The position numbers and the translations under genes were made by a program. A stretch of DNA of 64,000 nt from Cryomorpha sp. (GTDB taxonomy: Bacteria; Bacteroidota; Bacteroidia; Flavobacteriales_D; Cryomorphaceae): the NCBI GenBank assembly GCA_965230375.1, contig CBDDKU010000029.1, positions 67,926-131,925 on the forward strand. Reading direction: 5' to 3'. The notes beneath the pieces are model-generated. The model saw nothing but the letters and a program-made list of their open reading frames with translations, did no database searches and was not told where the DNA came from. This document shows positions 8,881-18,421 of the stretch, piece after piece. Numbering within the stretch: position 1 is the stretch's first letter; every line of letters begins with the position of its first letter.

Positions 8881-10020
8881 TTATTCGTGTGGATCGTGAA
8901 AATTCTCATTTTCAACAAACTCGTAATCTGAAAGGGTTTCCAGAAAATTAACCAAGTCGTCTATATCAAGCGGGGAAAGCCCTAGGCCTTCGCCTGTGAA
9001 CTTCATGAGCGGATCAACTGTGGGAGATGCATGGCCACCACTATTGTAGTGCTCTAAAACTTCATGGAGGGTTTCAAACCGACCGTCGTGCATGTAGGGG
9101 GCCGTAAGTGCAATGTTTCGCAAAGTGGGAGTACGGAATCGCCCTCGATCGTAGACCACCCCTGATACTTCTTCCCGGCCAAGATCTCCGATAATTATAG
9201 AGTCCAGACCGTTGTTTCTAAACAAGTGATCAGTAAACTGCACGAGTGCACCGCCGTGGCAGTGGAAACAATCACCACCGTTTTGGCCACCGGGATATAT
9301 ATTGGGGTCTCCACCTTCGGCGAGAAAGAGTTCCAGACCACGCTGCTCCGAAGGGGTTAGTTGATCTTGTCCATAGCGATACGCCAAATCAAATCTCGAT
9401 CGTGCCGAGACCATGGTTCGGATAAACTGAGCTATGGAAAAAGACATTCGAACAGAGTCAACACAAGGCGTTCCAAATGCTTGAGTAAACATTTCCTGAT
9501 AGGCTGAATCACTCCCAATCCGTTCAACGGCCTCGGCCCAAGTAAGATCCATCTCGATTGGATGGGTAACGGGCTCCAAAATTTGATCTTCAAGTGTTGC
9601 AGCTCGTCCGTCCCAAAAAAAGCTCGTGTTCCAAGCCATGTTCATGAGTGGCATACTGTTTCGCCTGGTGGTTTCTCCATAGAGACCCACGCTGGTAGGG
9701 GCGTCATCTGTGAAAGCCGCTTCGGGAAAGTGGCAAGATCCACAGCTCAACGTATTGTTTCGAGACAATCTTTTATCCCAAAACAAGTGACGACCTAGCT
9801 CTATCCCCTCTTCCGTTAAAGGGTTTTCTGATGGGAGGTTTGGCTCAGGAAAAAAATAAGGTACTTCTAGTTCGTAAGGCGTGCCTGCATCGGGTACAGT
9901 TTCACACAAAAAACCCTTGTCTGATGTGGTTTCTTCGTCATCGTCGCGACAGGCTGTCGCTGCAATAAGTACACCCGCGAACAAGATTGGTATTTTGAAA
10001 AAGCTGCTCTTTCGAACCAT
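8881..10020 (-). CDS. Di-haem cytochrome c peroxidase family lipoprotein (CCP/MauG/MbnH-like)
   Basis: 379 aa with a lipobox (IAATAC). It has two CxxCH haem motifs (CGSCH, CFHCH), FFWDGRA, PTLRN and APYMHDG, all characteristic of the bacterial CCP/MauG family. Confidence 0.85.
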   Translation of the reverse strand: MVRKSSFFKIPILFAGVLIAATACRDDDEETTSDKGFLCETVPDAGTPYELEVPYFFPEPNLPSENPLTEEGIELGRHLFWDKRLSRNNTLSCGSCHFPEAAFTDDAPTSVGLYGETTRRNSMPLMNMAWNTSFFWDGRAATLEDQILEPVTHPIEMDLTWAEAVERIGSDSAYQEMFTQAFGTPCVDSVRMSFSIAQFIRTMVSARSRFDLAYRYGQDQLTPSEQRGLELFLAEGGDPNIYPGGQNGGDCFHCHGGALVQFTDHLFRNNGLDSIIIGDLGREEVSGVVYDRGRFRTPTLRNIALTAPYMHDGRFETLHEVLEHYNSGGHASPTVDPLMKFTGEGLGLSPLDIDDLVNFLETLSDYEFVENENFHDPHE

Positions 10021-10034
10021 GAATCAAATTTATA

Positions 10035-10802
10035 CTAATTCATCAACACAAAAGATGCTGCTGTGTTTCCAGCTAAAGTCGTTCCAAGATCCATTTGATC
10101 TGGTGAGCCATGAAAACTTCTGTCAGAACTCAAATCAACAGTACCGGCTGGGCCTTGGAATATGGTATTTAACTCAACTCCAAACTGCAGATGAACCACA
10201 TCACCGTTCCGCGCTGAAAAGGACTTAGTGAACCCACCCAATTCTCGGTACAGCGTGTCTCGACCTGTATGAAAGGTAAATAGCGCTTCCTGAAAATCAG
10301 TTGTGCTACCCGTCGTATCGCAACGACCATCGAAAGAGAAAAAACGATAGCCAGCTGCCCAACCCCAGTACATACCATTATTTACACTTAGCGGGTGGTT
10401 TGGATCGTAGAGCGATGTGGTAAAGTCAGGGTTTTGGGTTCCATTCAAGTCCACCGGAACTCCTAAATCAAAAGAAACAGATGTATAGTCTCCTTCGGGA
10501 ATTTCAAACTCTAGGGTTCTTTTGTTATCCTGGATATTGATCATGGCTATTTCTTCCAACTCGATGATCTCGGATGGAGCGTGAAGCTGAATATGGGCAA
10601 GATAAAACTGAATTTGAGTGGCCTCTACTTGATGTCCTTGCGGATTCGTAAACCGCTCATTTAACTGAATCTCAGCCCCATCAGCCAAAGGGTCGAAAGA
10701 CAAAATCAATCGAGGCGATTCCGATGTTGTTGTTTGATCATCATCTTTGTCACATCCAAGCATAACAATGGCCAAACAGATAAACAAAACATTTCTCAGC
10801 AT
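10035..10802 (-). CDS. MbnP-like lipoprotein (putative copper-binding partner of the adjacent peroxidase)
   Basis: 255 aa with a lipobox (VMLGC). Features: IQFYLAHIQL, MYWGWAAGYRFFSFDGR, FTFHTGRD. This pattern, and the position 14 nt upstream of a di-haem peroxidase, match what I remember of Bacteroidota proteins annotated as MbnP family. Not verified by search. Confidence 0.5.
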   Translation of the reverse strand: MLRNVLFICLAIVMLGCDKDDDQTTTSESPRLILSFDPLADGAEIQLNERFTNPQGHQVEATQIQFYLAHIQLHAPSEIIELEEIAMINIQDNKRTLEFEIPEGDYTSVSFDLGVPVDLNGTQNPDFTTSLYDPNHPLSVNNGMYWGWAAGYRFFSFDGRCDTTGSTTDFQEALFTFHTGRDTLYRELGGFTKSFSARNGDVVHLQFGVELNTIFQGPAGTVDLSSDRSFHGSPDQMDLGTTLAGNTAASFVLMN

Positions 10803-10877
10803 AGATTCAGATTCAGTGGTTACTTGATTAATACAAGTAAATGAGCCAATTCCCGAATGCTAAAATGCGAATAATCG

Positions 10878-10885
10878 TAAGTTTG
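10878..10885 (+). promoter_or_regulatory. Candidate Bacteroidota -7 promoter box (TAnnTTTG) for the AddA-like gene
   Basis: TAAGTTTG lies 5 nt before the TTG at 10891 and 11 nt before the ATG at 10897, which implies a very short or absent leader. I saw no clear -33 TTG. Confidence 0.3.
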
Positions 10886-10890
10886 GCCTA

Positions 10891-13800
10891 TTGAATATGG
10901 GGGAGTTTTTAATATACAAGTCATCTGCTGGTTCTGGAAAGACAACTGCCTTGATTCAGATTTTTCTGCAGCTGAGTCTTTCGTCTTCAAACCCGCATCA
11001 ATTCAAGCGCGTACTGGCCATCACTTTTACCAATAAAGCGGCCGATGAAATGCGCGAGCGTTTTATGAAAGAACTCCATAAACTGAGTCGAATTCAAAAC
11101 GGCTATGATGGTGGTGACTTCATGATTGATTGGCTCCTTGACAAGCTATCAGTTTCTCCGAATGAACTGGCACTGCGCGCTAGAAAGAGTTTTGAAATAG
11201 CGCTCCAAGACTACGACGATATAGGAATCAGCACCATCGATCGATTCAATCACAAATTGATCAGGTCGTTCAGTAGAGACTTGAGTTTAAGCCAAGACTT
11301 TCAGGTGCTTATTGATGTAAAGCGCCTATATCAAGACGCCGTGGAGCTCTTAGTGGAGCAGTATGGAAGGGATGAGAGAATTACGGAGCACCTCAACGCG
11401 TACATCAGTTACAAGATTGATGAATTTGAGAAAGTGAATGTGATTCAGGCATTGACTGACTTAGAAAGCTTGGTAATAGATCCGGAAAGTGACAAGGCCA
11501 TTCGCGGGCTGTCAAAAATCGACTTTAAAGAAACAAGGAAAACCATTTTTGCTTTTCTGGCCCAGTTCAAAAAAGACGTCGTGGCGTTTGGAAAAGACCT
11601 TGTCGAGATTGTCCAAAAGGCTGGAATGGAAGCGGGTGATTTCAAAAACAAAAAGAATAGTGTTGTAAAGTTTTTCAACCAATTGAGTGAATTTTCACTT
11701 CCAAAAGAATTACCAGCCACTGCGAAAAACGCTCTCAACGGCGAATGGATTACCAAGACCGCGAGCAATGACATCAAAAATAAGCTAAGCTCTATAGAAG
11801 GAGAATTGACTACCAAACTGCAAACTGCTGTAGACTATCTCGCAGAAAACCACTCACAATATATCTTGTACAGTGCCATTCTGAAACAGCTAGAACTAGT
11901 CGCCATTTTATCAGACTTATCTAAAGCTCTTGATGAGTTATGTAAGCAGCAAAACCTGCTACCTATCTATAAATTCAATACGATTATCTCTGAAGTTCTC
12001 CTAGACGAGCCTGTATCCTTTATTTACGAGAAAATTGGAAACAAATACGACCACTTATTGATCGATGAGTATCAAGATACGTCAGAAATGCAGTGGTTTA
12101 ATCTGCTACCACTCATCGACGAGTCTTTGTCGAAAGGTAAGTCGAGTCTGGTAGTAGGTGATGCCAAACAAAGCATCTATCGCTTCAGAGGTGGTAAGGC
12201 GGAGCAGTTAATCGCTTTGCCTGAATTGATTAATCCACCGGCAAAATACCTTCCAACTACACAGGAAAATATTAAGCGAGCTCATCGGTTAGTCCGATTC
12301 AATACGAATTACAGAAGCCGAGATGAGATCGTTTCATTCAATAATTTTTTCTTCAAGACCATCGCGGATAAAACCCCAAACCCAATTGAGCTTTATCAAT
12401 CGGAGTATCACGGAGATAATGCTGCTCAAATCACAGGTAAAATTGAAGGTGAAGGGTTTGTAAAAATCAGGAAGTGGGGTCATTCTGAAACGGTCATTCA
12501 CGATCAATACATTTTCGAACAGATTGAGACGATTCGTGAGAAAGGCTATGATTATGGGGATATCGCGATATTGGTGAGTCGCGTCACAGACGGGGCTGGT
12601 GTCATCAGTTTGCTGAACAAAAACGGCATAGGTGTGAGTTCATCTGATAGCCTTGCACTCGATCAGTTTTCGGATGTTCAATTGGTAATTGCCGGAATGC
12701 GGCTAATAGCAGATAAGGTCCATCAGCCAGCTAAAATTCAAATGATGCGTCGACTGGCTCTTTTACATCAGTTCCCATATGAACCAGGTCGGTATCTCAC
12801 CAAGAAGAAAGTTGACTTCAATGGTTTTCTTCGCGACCACAATTTGAAGGAATGGAACTTTGATAAGATGGAGAGTGGGGTCTATGATGCTATCGAAGAA
12901 TTGATCCTTACATATCTGCCCAGTGGACGCTCCGCAGCGCTCATCGCATTTATGGAGTACGCCACTCAAGTGACGGGAAAAAACGGGTCGATCTCAGCTG
13001 TGCTAAAAGATTGGGATGGAAAGACGAAGAAGCCTAGTCTCAAACTTGAAAGTCGAAAAGATTCGGTGCAAGTCATGACCATTCACAAATCCAAAGGACT
13101 TCAATTTAAGTGGGTCATCATTCCGCAGCTCGTTTGGTCGGACGGGAAGAGCGGCGACAACAAGTGGGTGAATCTAGCTGGGATAAAGCATGCTCCATTA
13201 CCCTATGCCCCACTACCAATGACTCAAGCACTAAATCAAATGGGCTTGAGTCACATCATAGAACAAGAAGTAGCTGAACGCATTTTTGACGAAATCAATA
13301 AACTCTATGTTGCCTTAACACGGGCTGAAGTCGGGATGATTCTCACCTACCACCAGCGCAGAGGAAAAATGTTCACTCCTGTACAAGGCACTGTAGACGC
13401 CATTATCGAATCGTATGCTGAAACCCGAACTAGCCATTTCGAAGAGCTTGAAGATGAATACGTTGAGCTTGCTTTAGGGAAATTCCCAATAGCTGATGGC
13501 GAAAAAGATGTTGATGATCAAAGCCGGATTGAGCCCGCAGTGCCTAAATCTCCTTGGTATGAAAAGATCAAAATAGCTAACAACGATTCTTCGGAAGACC
13601 GAGAACTAGGAATTCTATTTCACCATATAGTAGCATCATCTCAATCATTAGAAGATGCGCACGAGACAGTCCGTTTGAAGGAGCGTAGATTTGAAATCGA
13701 AGCTCAAAGTGCGAATGAGCTTCACGACATGCTTGAGCTCATTTTTGGGGATAAGAAATATGAATCTTTGCTCAAATCACATGCTCCACTCTTCGAAAGA

Positions 13801-14052
13801 GAGATCATGAGCAATGGTGAAGTGTTGCGTCCAGACCTGGTTCTTGAAAGTAGCGAAGATGTTTTAGTCATCGATTTTAAAACCGGTGGAAAAGACGAAA
13901 AACACAAGGCTCAAGTGAGAACTTATATGCGATCACTAGCAGATCTTACCGAGAAGGCCGTGGAAGGGTTTGTGCTCTACGTTGGTCAAGGTAAAATTGA
14001 ATGGGATAAAGTTAGCGGTGAATCTGAACCGGTACAAGGCACGCTATTTTAG
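10891..14052 (+). CDS. UvrD-family helicase fused to a C-terminal PD-(D/E)XK nuclease (AddA-like)
   Basis: 1053 aa. It has Walker A AGSGKTT, helicase motif II LLIDEYQDTS, VGDAKQSIYRFRG, and MTIHKSKGLQF...LYVALTRA. The C-terminal RecB-type nuclease motif is VLVIDFKTG...KAQVRTY. The start may be the ATG at 10897 rather than the TTG at 10891. Confidence 0.85.
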   Translation: MNMGEFLIYKSSAGSGKTTALIQIFLQLSLSSSNPHQFKRVLAITFTNKAADEMRERFMKELHKLSRIQNGYDGGDFMIDWLLDKLSVSPNELALRARKSFEIALQDYDDIGISTIDRFNHKLIRSFSRDLSLSQDFQVLIDVKRLYQDAVELLVEQYGRDERITEHLNAYISYKIDEFEKVNVIQALTDLESLVIDPESDKAIRGLSKIDFKETRKTIFAFLAQFKKDVVAFGKDLVEIVQKAGMEAGDFKNKKNSVVKFFNQLSEFSLPKELPATAKNALNGEWITKTASNDIKNKLSSIEGELTTKLQTAVDYLAENHSQYILYSAILKQLELVAILSDLSKALDELCKQQNLLPIYKFNTIISEVLLDEPVSFIYEKIGNKYDHLLIDEYQDTSEMQWFNLLPLIDESLSKGKSSLVVGDAKQSIYRFRGGKAEQLIALPELINPPAKYLPTTQENIKRAHRLVRFNTNYRSRDEIVSFNNFFFKTIADKTPNPIELYQSEYHGDNAAQITGKIEGEGFVKIRKWGHSETVIHDQYIFEQIETIREKGYDYGDIAILVSRVTDGAGVISLLNKNGIGVSSSDSLALDQFSDVQLVIAGMRLIADKVHQPAKIQMMRRLALLHQFPYEPGRYLTKKKVDFNGFLRDHNLKEWNFDKMESGVYDAIEELILTYLPSGRSAALIAFMEYATQVTGKNGSISAVLKDWDGKTKKPSLKLESRKDSVQVMTIHKSKGLQFKWVIIPQLVWSDGKSGDNKWVNLAGIKHAPLPYAPLPMTQALNQMGLSHIIEQEVAERIFDEINKLYVALTRAEVGMILTYHQRRGKMFTPVQGTVDAIIESYAETRTSHFEELEDEYVELALGKFPIADGEKDVDDQSRIEPAVPKSPWYEKIKIANNDSSEDRELGILFHHIVASSQSLEDAHETVRLKERRFEIEAQSANELHDMLELIFGDKKYESLLKSHAPLFEREIMSNGEVLRPDLVLESSEDVLVIDFKTGGKDEKHKAQVRTYMRSLADLTEKAVEGFVLYVGQGKIEWDKVSGESEPVQGTLF

Positions 14053-14058
14053 CGTCGG

Positions 14059-14856
14059 TTATCCATTTTTTCTCTGTCGGGCTCTACTAAACCCCATGCC
14101 TTCCAACAACACTTCCTGCTCCACTACCAAGGACTTTTTTGGCGAAACTGACGGACCAATCGGTTTGAGAAGATCAATATCATTCTCTCGTGGATTCTTG
14201 ATTCTAGTAGAAATGGGGTAGGCATTCATGTCCGTACCAGAATATGGTCTTAACAACTCCGTCACTTCGGCAAGTGAAAGAGAAGAGTCTAGCCATTTCT
14301 GCTCATCCTTTTGATTCAGAATAACTGGTGATCTGTGGTGTGGAAGAGACTGAAGTAGTTCATTCGGCGTTGTAGTAATGATTGCAAAACTCTGAACGAT
14401 TTCCCCAGTAGACTGATTCACCCACTCATCCCAGATTCCAGCGAAAGCGAATGGTCTCTTACCTTTTGCAAGATGAACAACAAAGGGCTTGTCTAGCTTA
14501 TCCTTAGTAGTTCCTTCAATAAAGCAATCAGCCACAACCAAACAGCGCTGACTTCTAATCGGTTTGCGGAATGAAGGTTTCGTAATAATCCCAGCCGCCC
14601 CTGTGTATTTCGGATCGTTAGATTTATTGTGATCTCCTTCTGCTCTGGCATTGAAAAGAAACATGGGTTTTTTAGCCCAAAATGGTTGTAGTCCGAATCG
14701 AAAGAACTGGAGAGTCTTTGGATCCTTGTTTGTTATAACCGGCGCCATAGACCCAGGCCCAATATTGTAATGCGGAGAAAACGGGACTGGGGCGTGAACG
14801 CCAAAACGCTCTTCTATTTCTACAATCTTCGAAACGACAACATATCGACCACACAT
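14059..14856 (-). CDS. yedK: SOS response-associated peptidase (SRAP/YedK family, abasic-site sensor)
   Basis: 265 aa. The N-terminal MCGRY carries the catalytic Cys2. FNARAE and FAFAGIWD motifs are present. There is a C-terminal extension relative to E. coli YedK. Confidence 0.9.
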   Translation of the reverse strand: MCGRYVVVSKIVEIEERFGVHAPVPFSPHYNIGPGSMAPVITNKDPKTLQFFRFGLQPFWAKKPMFLFNARAEGDHNKSNDPKYTGAAGIITKPSFRKPIRSQRCLVVADCFIEGTTKDKLDKPFVVHLAKGKRPFAFAGIWDEWVNQSTGEIVQSFAIITTTPNELLQSLPHHRSPVILNQKDEQKWLDSSLSLAEVTELLRPYSGTDMNAYPISTRIKNPRENDIDLLKPIGPSVSPKKSLVVEQEVLLEGMGFSRARQRKNG

Positions 14857-14861
14857 GCTTT

Positions 14862-14869
14862 TATCTTTG
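14862..14869 (+). promoter_or_regulatory. Candidate -7 promoter box (TAnnTTTG) for the GNAT gene
   Basis: TATCTTTG lies 21 nt upstream of the ATG at 14891, inside the 34-nt divergent spacer shared with the SRAP gene. Confidence 0.3.
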
Positions 14870-14890
14870 ACCTAAAAATAAGGCATTCGC

Positions 14891-15361
14891 ATGGATTCGG
14901 TACAAATAGATCGCTGGGAAGTAAAAGCGTGGAATGAATTAAGTCCGCAAGAAATTCATGAAATGCTCAAACTTCGAATAGATGTTTTCGTGGTAGAGCA
15001 AGCCTGTGCGTATGAAGAATTAGATGGTTTGGATCTGAAGTGTATGCACGTCATCGGAAAAAATGACGAAGGGAAAGTTGTCGCCACGGCTCGAGTTGCG
15101 CCGATGGGATTGATCTATGACTTAACTAGCATAGGCCGTGTTGCCGTATCTAAAAACTATCGCATGAGCGGAAACGGTCGCGTTCTGATGGAAAAGTCAA
15201 TGGAATACATCAAAACTAATATGGGGGAGTCATCGATAAAGATTGCTGCTCAGCAATACCTACGGAGTTTTTATGAATCACTGGGATACGAAAGGGTGAG
15301 CGAGCCATATCCTTGGGATGGGATTCCACATATTGATATGATATTTAACGCAGAAGAGTAA
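14891..15361 (+). CDS. elaA: GNAT family N-acetyltransferase, ElaA-like
   Basis: 156 aa. VFVVEQACAYEELDGLD, IGRVAV and the C-terminal WDGIPHIDM align by eye with E. coli ElaA (VFVVEQNCPY...DG.D, EDGIPHIGM). Confidence 0.8.
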   Translation: MDSVQIDRWEVKAWNELSPQEIHEMLKLRIDVFVVEQACAYEELDGLDLKCMHVIGKNDEGKVVATARVAPMGLIYDLTSIGRVAVSKNYRMSGNGRVLMEKSMEYIKTNMGESSIKIAAQQYLRSFYESLGYERVSEPYPWDGIPHIDMIFNAEE

Positions 15362-18008
15362 CGGTACCCAGGTACTCAAAATTCCAACCTAGATTATCGG
15401 TGATAATGATGAAATACTGATAAACACCCGCTTCGGCATAGTATTCTCCGCTGGCGTCGCCACCATCCCAACCACGTGTTACGTGTTCATTCGAAAACAC
15501 TTCACGCCCCCATCTATCAGTGATAAACATCTGAATATTGGTTGCTCCAATTACTTCGGGAATGAAGAGATCATTTAATCCATCAGCATCTGGGGTAAAC
15601 GAATTTGGGATGTAGATGATGTGGTCCGAAAACTTGATTTCTGCTTCGGCTTGATCTGAGCATCCATACTCGTTGGTGGCGGTAAGGGTGATAGTCTGTG
15701 CTTCGAGGCTTTCCATCTCATGGGTGAAGTCACATTCACTAAAAACCTGACCATCTAAAAGATACTCGCAAGAAATAGAACCCAAACTAAGGTCTGTAAT
15801 TTCAACAACTGGGTCAAAAACCGAAATGATTCCCGGATTTACCCTGAAGCTAGCAGTAGGTGATGGCACGACTTCTACCACATCCTCGACAGTGTAAGTG
15901 TCGGAATCTATACAACCGTTCAAATTTTGAACGGTTAAGGAAACAGTGTATAAACCGGGTCGGTTGTACGTGTGTTCAACATTGTACCCCGTAGCCGACA
16001 TACCATCGCCAAAATCCCAGGTGTACTCAACATTTGAACTCGATGTTGTTGACCTGTTTGAAAAGAGCACATCTACCGGTAAACAGCCGCCTGGCGGGAA
16101 TAATTCAAAATCGGCCACGGGATTGTTGTGGAGCACAACATTTTCTGCCGTAGAACGCGTACACCCATTCTCGCTGATTGTCAACGTAACTTCACTGGCC
16201 CCAGCTTCAGAAAATTCAATCCCAGAAGGGTTCTCTGAACTACTTGTAGCGGGTGAGCCGCTCTCAAACGCCCATGAAAAAATAGCGTCATCGGTATAGC
16301 TACCACCAGCTGAAAAATCTAGCGAATTCCCTTCGAAGCAAGCAATCGGTGGTGGGTCAAAATCCGCTTCGAGCAGTGGGTATATTTCAAAGTTTTCAGT
16401 CACTGTAACGGGACAGTTTGCGACACTTTGGACAGTCAGAGAAACTTCATATTCACCTGGCTCAGGGAATAGAAATGTTGGCGTTTGATCAGCACTTGTG
16501 TCTCCATCTCCTTCTTCTACACCAAAATCCCAGAGATAGATATTCGCATTTTCACTTGTTTGCGAGAATTGGTAAGACAAGCCGCTACAAAAAATATTTT
16601 GTGGGGTTATCTCAGCCGTTGGTGCTTCTGGGATAACAATATCGACACTATCTGCAGCGGGGCAGATGTTATTGAGAACTTCAACAAAAACCTGTTGAGG
16701 CCCTGTTTCGACGAATTCTATGCCGTCAATTATCAATCCTTGCGCATTTGAAGGGCTGGCTCCATCACCAAAGTCCCACAGCACTGTGCTATTCTCATGA
16801 TCAAAATCTCCATCGGCTTCGAAGGAGAATACTTGTTGACCATTGATACACTCAAAGTCCGCAACGCTAACTTCCACCGAAATTTCCATATAGAGTGGAA
16901 TTTCAATTATGGAAGTATCGGAACAGAAAAAGCCAGGATTAGTGATGAGTGTTACTGTATATGTACCTGTATCGGGGTAGGTGTAGATACCGTCGTAATT
17001 TTCACTGGTGTCTTCATCATTCTCAGGGTCACCAAAATCCCAAAGAAAATCATTGGACGGGTCGGATGCATTGTAAAATTCCACTGTCAAATCTTCACAA
17101 AACTCAGCCGGGTCAACATCTTCGATTATCGCCTCGGTCGACTCTTCACAAACGGCTACGTTGAACTGAAAATCGCGGGTATTAACGCTCAACAATTGGC
17201 CATCACGCCATTCTTCTACACAGACTCCAACTACAAACTGTCCAATTACCGTTGGAGTTCCTGAAAGTAAGCCCGTAATGGGATCGATGCTCAACCCTGG
17301 ATTTCCTGTAATGGGATTTAATTCATCGAATCCACCTGCCCAATTGACTGTAGGGTAAGGCGGCGCCGAAGGTGGTGAAGGTTGTGGTGCGTCTTGTGAA
17401 GCTCCAATAAATGGACTACAAAGTGAATAAGCCAAAGAATCACCATCTAAATCTGTCGCACTGTGATCAAACTCTAAGTATTCTTGGGCGCATAAAATAG
17501 GTGGTGGGAAATTGTTGTAAGATGGGCGCGAATTGCATTCTCCATCGGGCATAGCAGGCACCTCGGCTGCAATAGTCAACCCTTGACTTCCAGGAATTTC
17601 AAGATTTTGAATTGTTTGATTCCTACAGCATCGCTGATACACCACGGTATAGGTTTGACCATCGTCCGGCAAATCGAGCGTAAACTCATAAGTTCCTTCT
17701 TCTACACAGATATTAGGAGGTATGGATATACAAGGTGAGCTCAAGTCTGGAATCACAGGTGTGATTGATGTGACATTCACCGTTATCTGATCTACGAGCT
17801 GGTTATTTTCATCAAATATTCCAAAACTGGCGGGATTATCGAAAGGTGCACCTTGGTTGTTTCCGCAGTCCCGAAAGAGTTTCATCGTGAAATCATAGGT
17901 ACCATCTGGCATACATTGATAGTACATTTCCCCTCCTATAATGTGAAATGCTCGCGCAGGAACTATCCCGCAGCAAAGCAATACACATGTCAATACGAGG
18001 TTTCTCAT
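15345..18008 (-). CDS. T9SS type-B sorting domain protein with PKD modules (cell-surface adhesin-like)
   Basis: 887 aa with a signal peptide. The Cys-rich N-terminal region begins FHIIGGEMYYQC. At least four WDFGD-type PKD cores are present. The C-terminal 92 aa (IYIPNSFTPDADGLNDLF...DRWGREVF...GWDG...GVYQY...GTVTLLR) form a type-B CTD. Confidence 0.85.
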   Translation of the reverse strand: MRNLVLTCVLLCCGIVPARAFHIIGGEMYYQCMPDGTYDFTMKLFRDCGNNQGAPFDNPASFGIFDENNQLVDQITVNVTSITPVIPDLSSPCISIPPNICVEEGTYEFTLDLPDDGQTYTVVYQRCCRNQTIQNLEIPGSQGLTIAAEVPAMPDGECNSRPSYNNFPPPILCAQEYLEFDHSATDLDGDSLAYSLCSPFIGASQDAPQPSPPSAPPYPTVNWAGGFDELNPITGNPGLSIDPITGLLSGTPTVIGQFVVGVCVEEWRDGQLLSVNTRDFQFNVAVCEESTEAIIEDVDPAEFCEDLTVEFYNASDPSNDFLWDFGDPENDEDTSENYDGIYTYPDTGTYTVTLITNPGFFCSDTSIIEIPLYMEISVEVSVADFECINGQQVFSFEADGDFDHENSTVLWDFGDGASPSNAQGLIIDGIEFVETGPQQVFVEVLNNICPAADSVDIVIPEAPTAEITPQNIFCSGLSYQFSQTSENANIYLWDFGVEEGDGDTSADQTPTFLFPEPGEYEVSLTVQSVANCPVTVTENFEIYPLLEADFDPPPIACFEGNSLDFSAGGSYTDDAIFSWAFESGSPATSSSENPSGIEFSEAGASEVTLTISENGCTRSTAENVVLHNNPVADFELFPPGGCLPVDVLFSNRSTTSSSNVEYTWDFGDGMSATGYNVEHTYNRPGLYTVSLTVQNLNGCIDSDTYTVEDVVEVVPSPTASFRVNPGIISVFDPVVEITDLSLGSISCEYLLDGQVFSECDFTHEMESLEAQTITLTATNEYGCSDQAEAEIKFSDHIIYIPNSFTPDADGLNDLFIPEVIGATNIQMFITDRWGREVFSNEHVTRGWDGGDASGEYYAEAGVYQYFIIITDNLGWNFEYLGTVTLLR

Positions 18009-18109
18009 TTTGGTGGCCTTACGTTTCTGACGAAAAAACTCTTAGCAAGTTGATTCAACAGGTGTTAAAACGACAAGATGTCAAATTCACAAGAAGGAAT
18101 CATGCCATT

Positions 18110-18421
18110 CTAGGTCGCTTTCTTGAAATCTCTACTGCAGCTTTCTAAAAATGTTTCATACTCTGCTTCTGAGATTTCTGCCCAACGTCCATCTTTCAGC
18201 TCAATCATATCTTGAACGAGATATCGGTCGGGTAGAATTTTTACAACAAATTCAATCGTCCTATAGTTTTTACCTATGGTCTGAATTTCAGTAAATCCCT
18301 CAAGAGAAGTAATTTTGAAGTACGACTTTTCATTGATGTATTTACGGTACAGGGGAAATTCCACAGCAAAATATAAGGATGTCTGACAAATTAAACGTTT
18401 TCCAACAAGGTAAGGATGCAT
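18110..18421 (-). CDS. Hypothetical small protein (start uncertain)
   Basis: 103-aa ORF with no recognisable motif. The ATG start overlaps the divergent TPR gene by 43 nt. An in-frame GTG at 18364 would remove the overlap. Confidence 0.35.
   Translation of the reverse strand: MHPYLVGKRLICQTSLYFAVEFPLYRKYINEKSYFKITSLEGFTEIQTIGKNYRTIEFVVKILPDRYLVQDMIELKDGRWAEISEAEYETFLESCSRDFKKAT

Noticed and set aside
10035-10802. Expectation of a four-Cys metal motif in the MbnP-like protein.
   Set aside because: Only two Cys are present, one of them the lipobox Cys, so that variant signature is absent. I kept the MbnP-like call at moderate confidence, based on other motifs and on the peroxidase partner.
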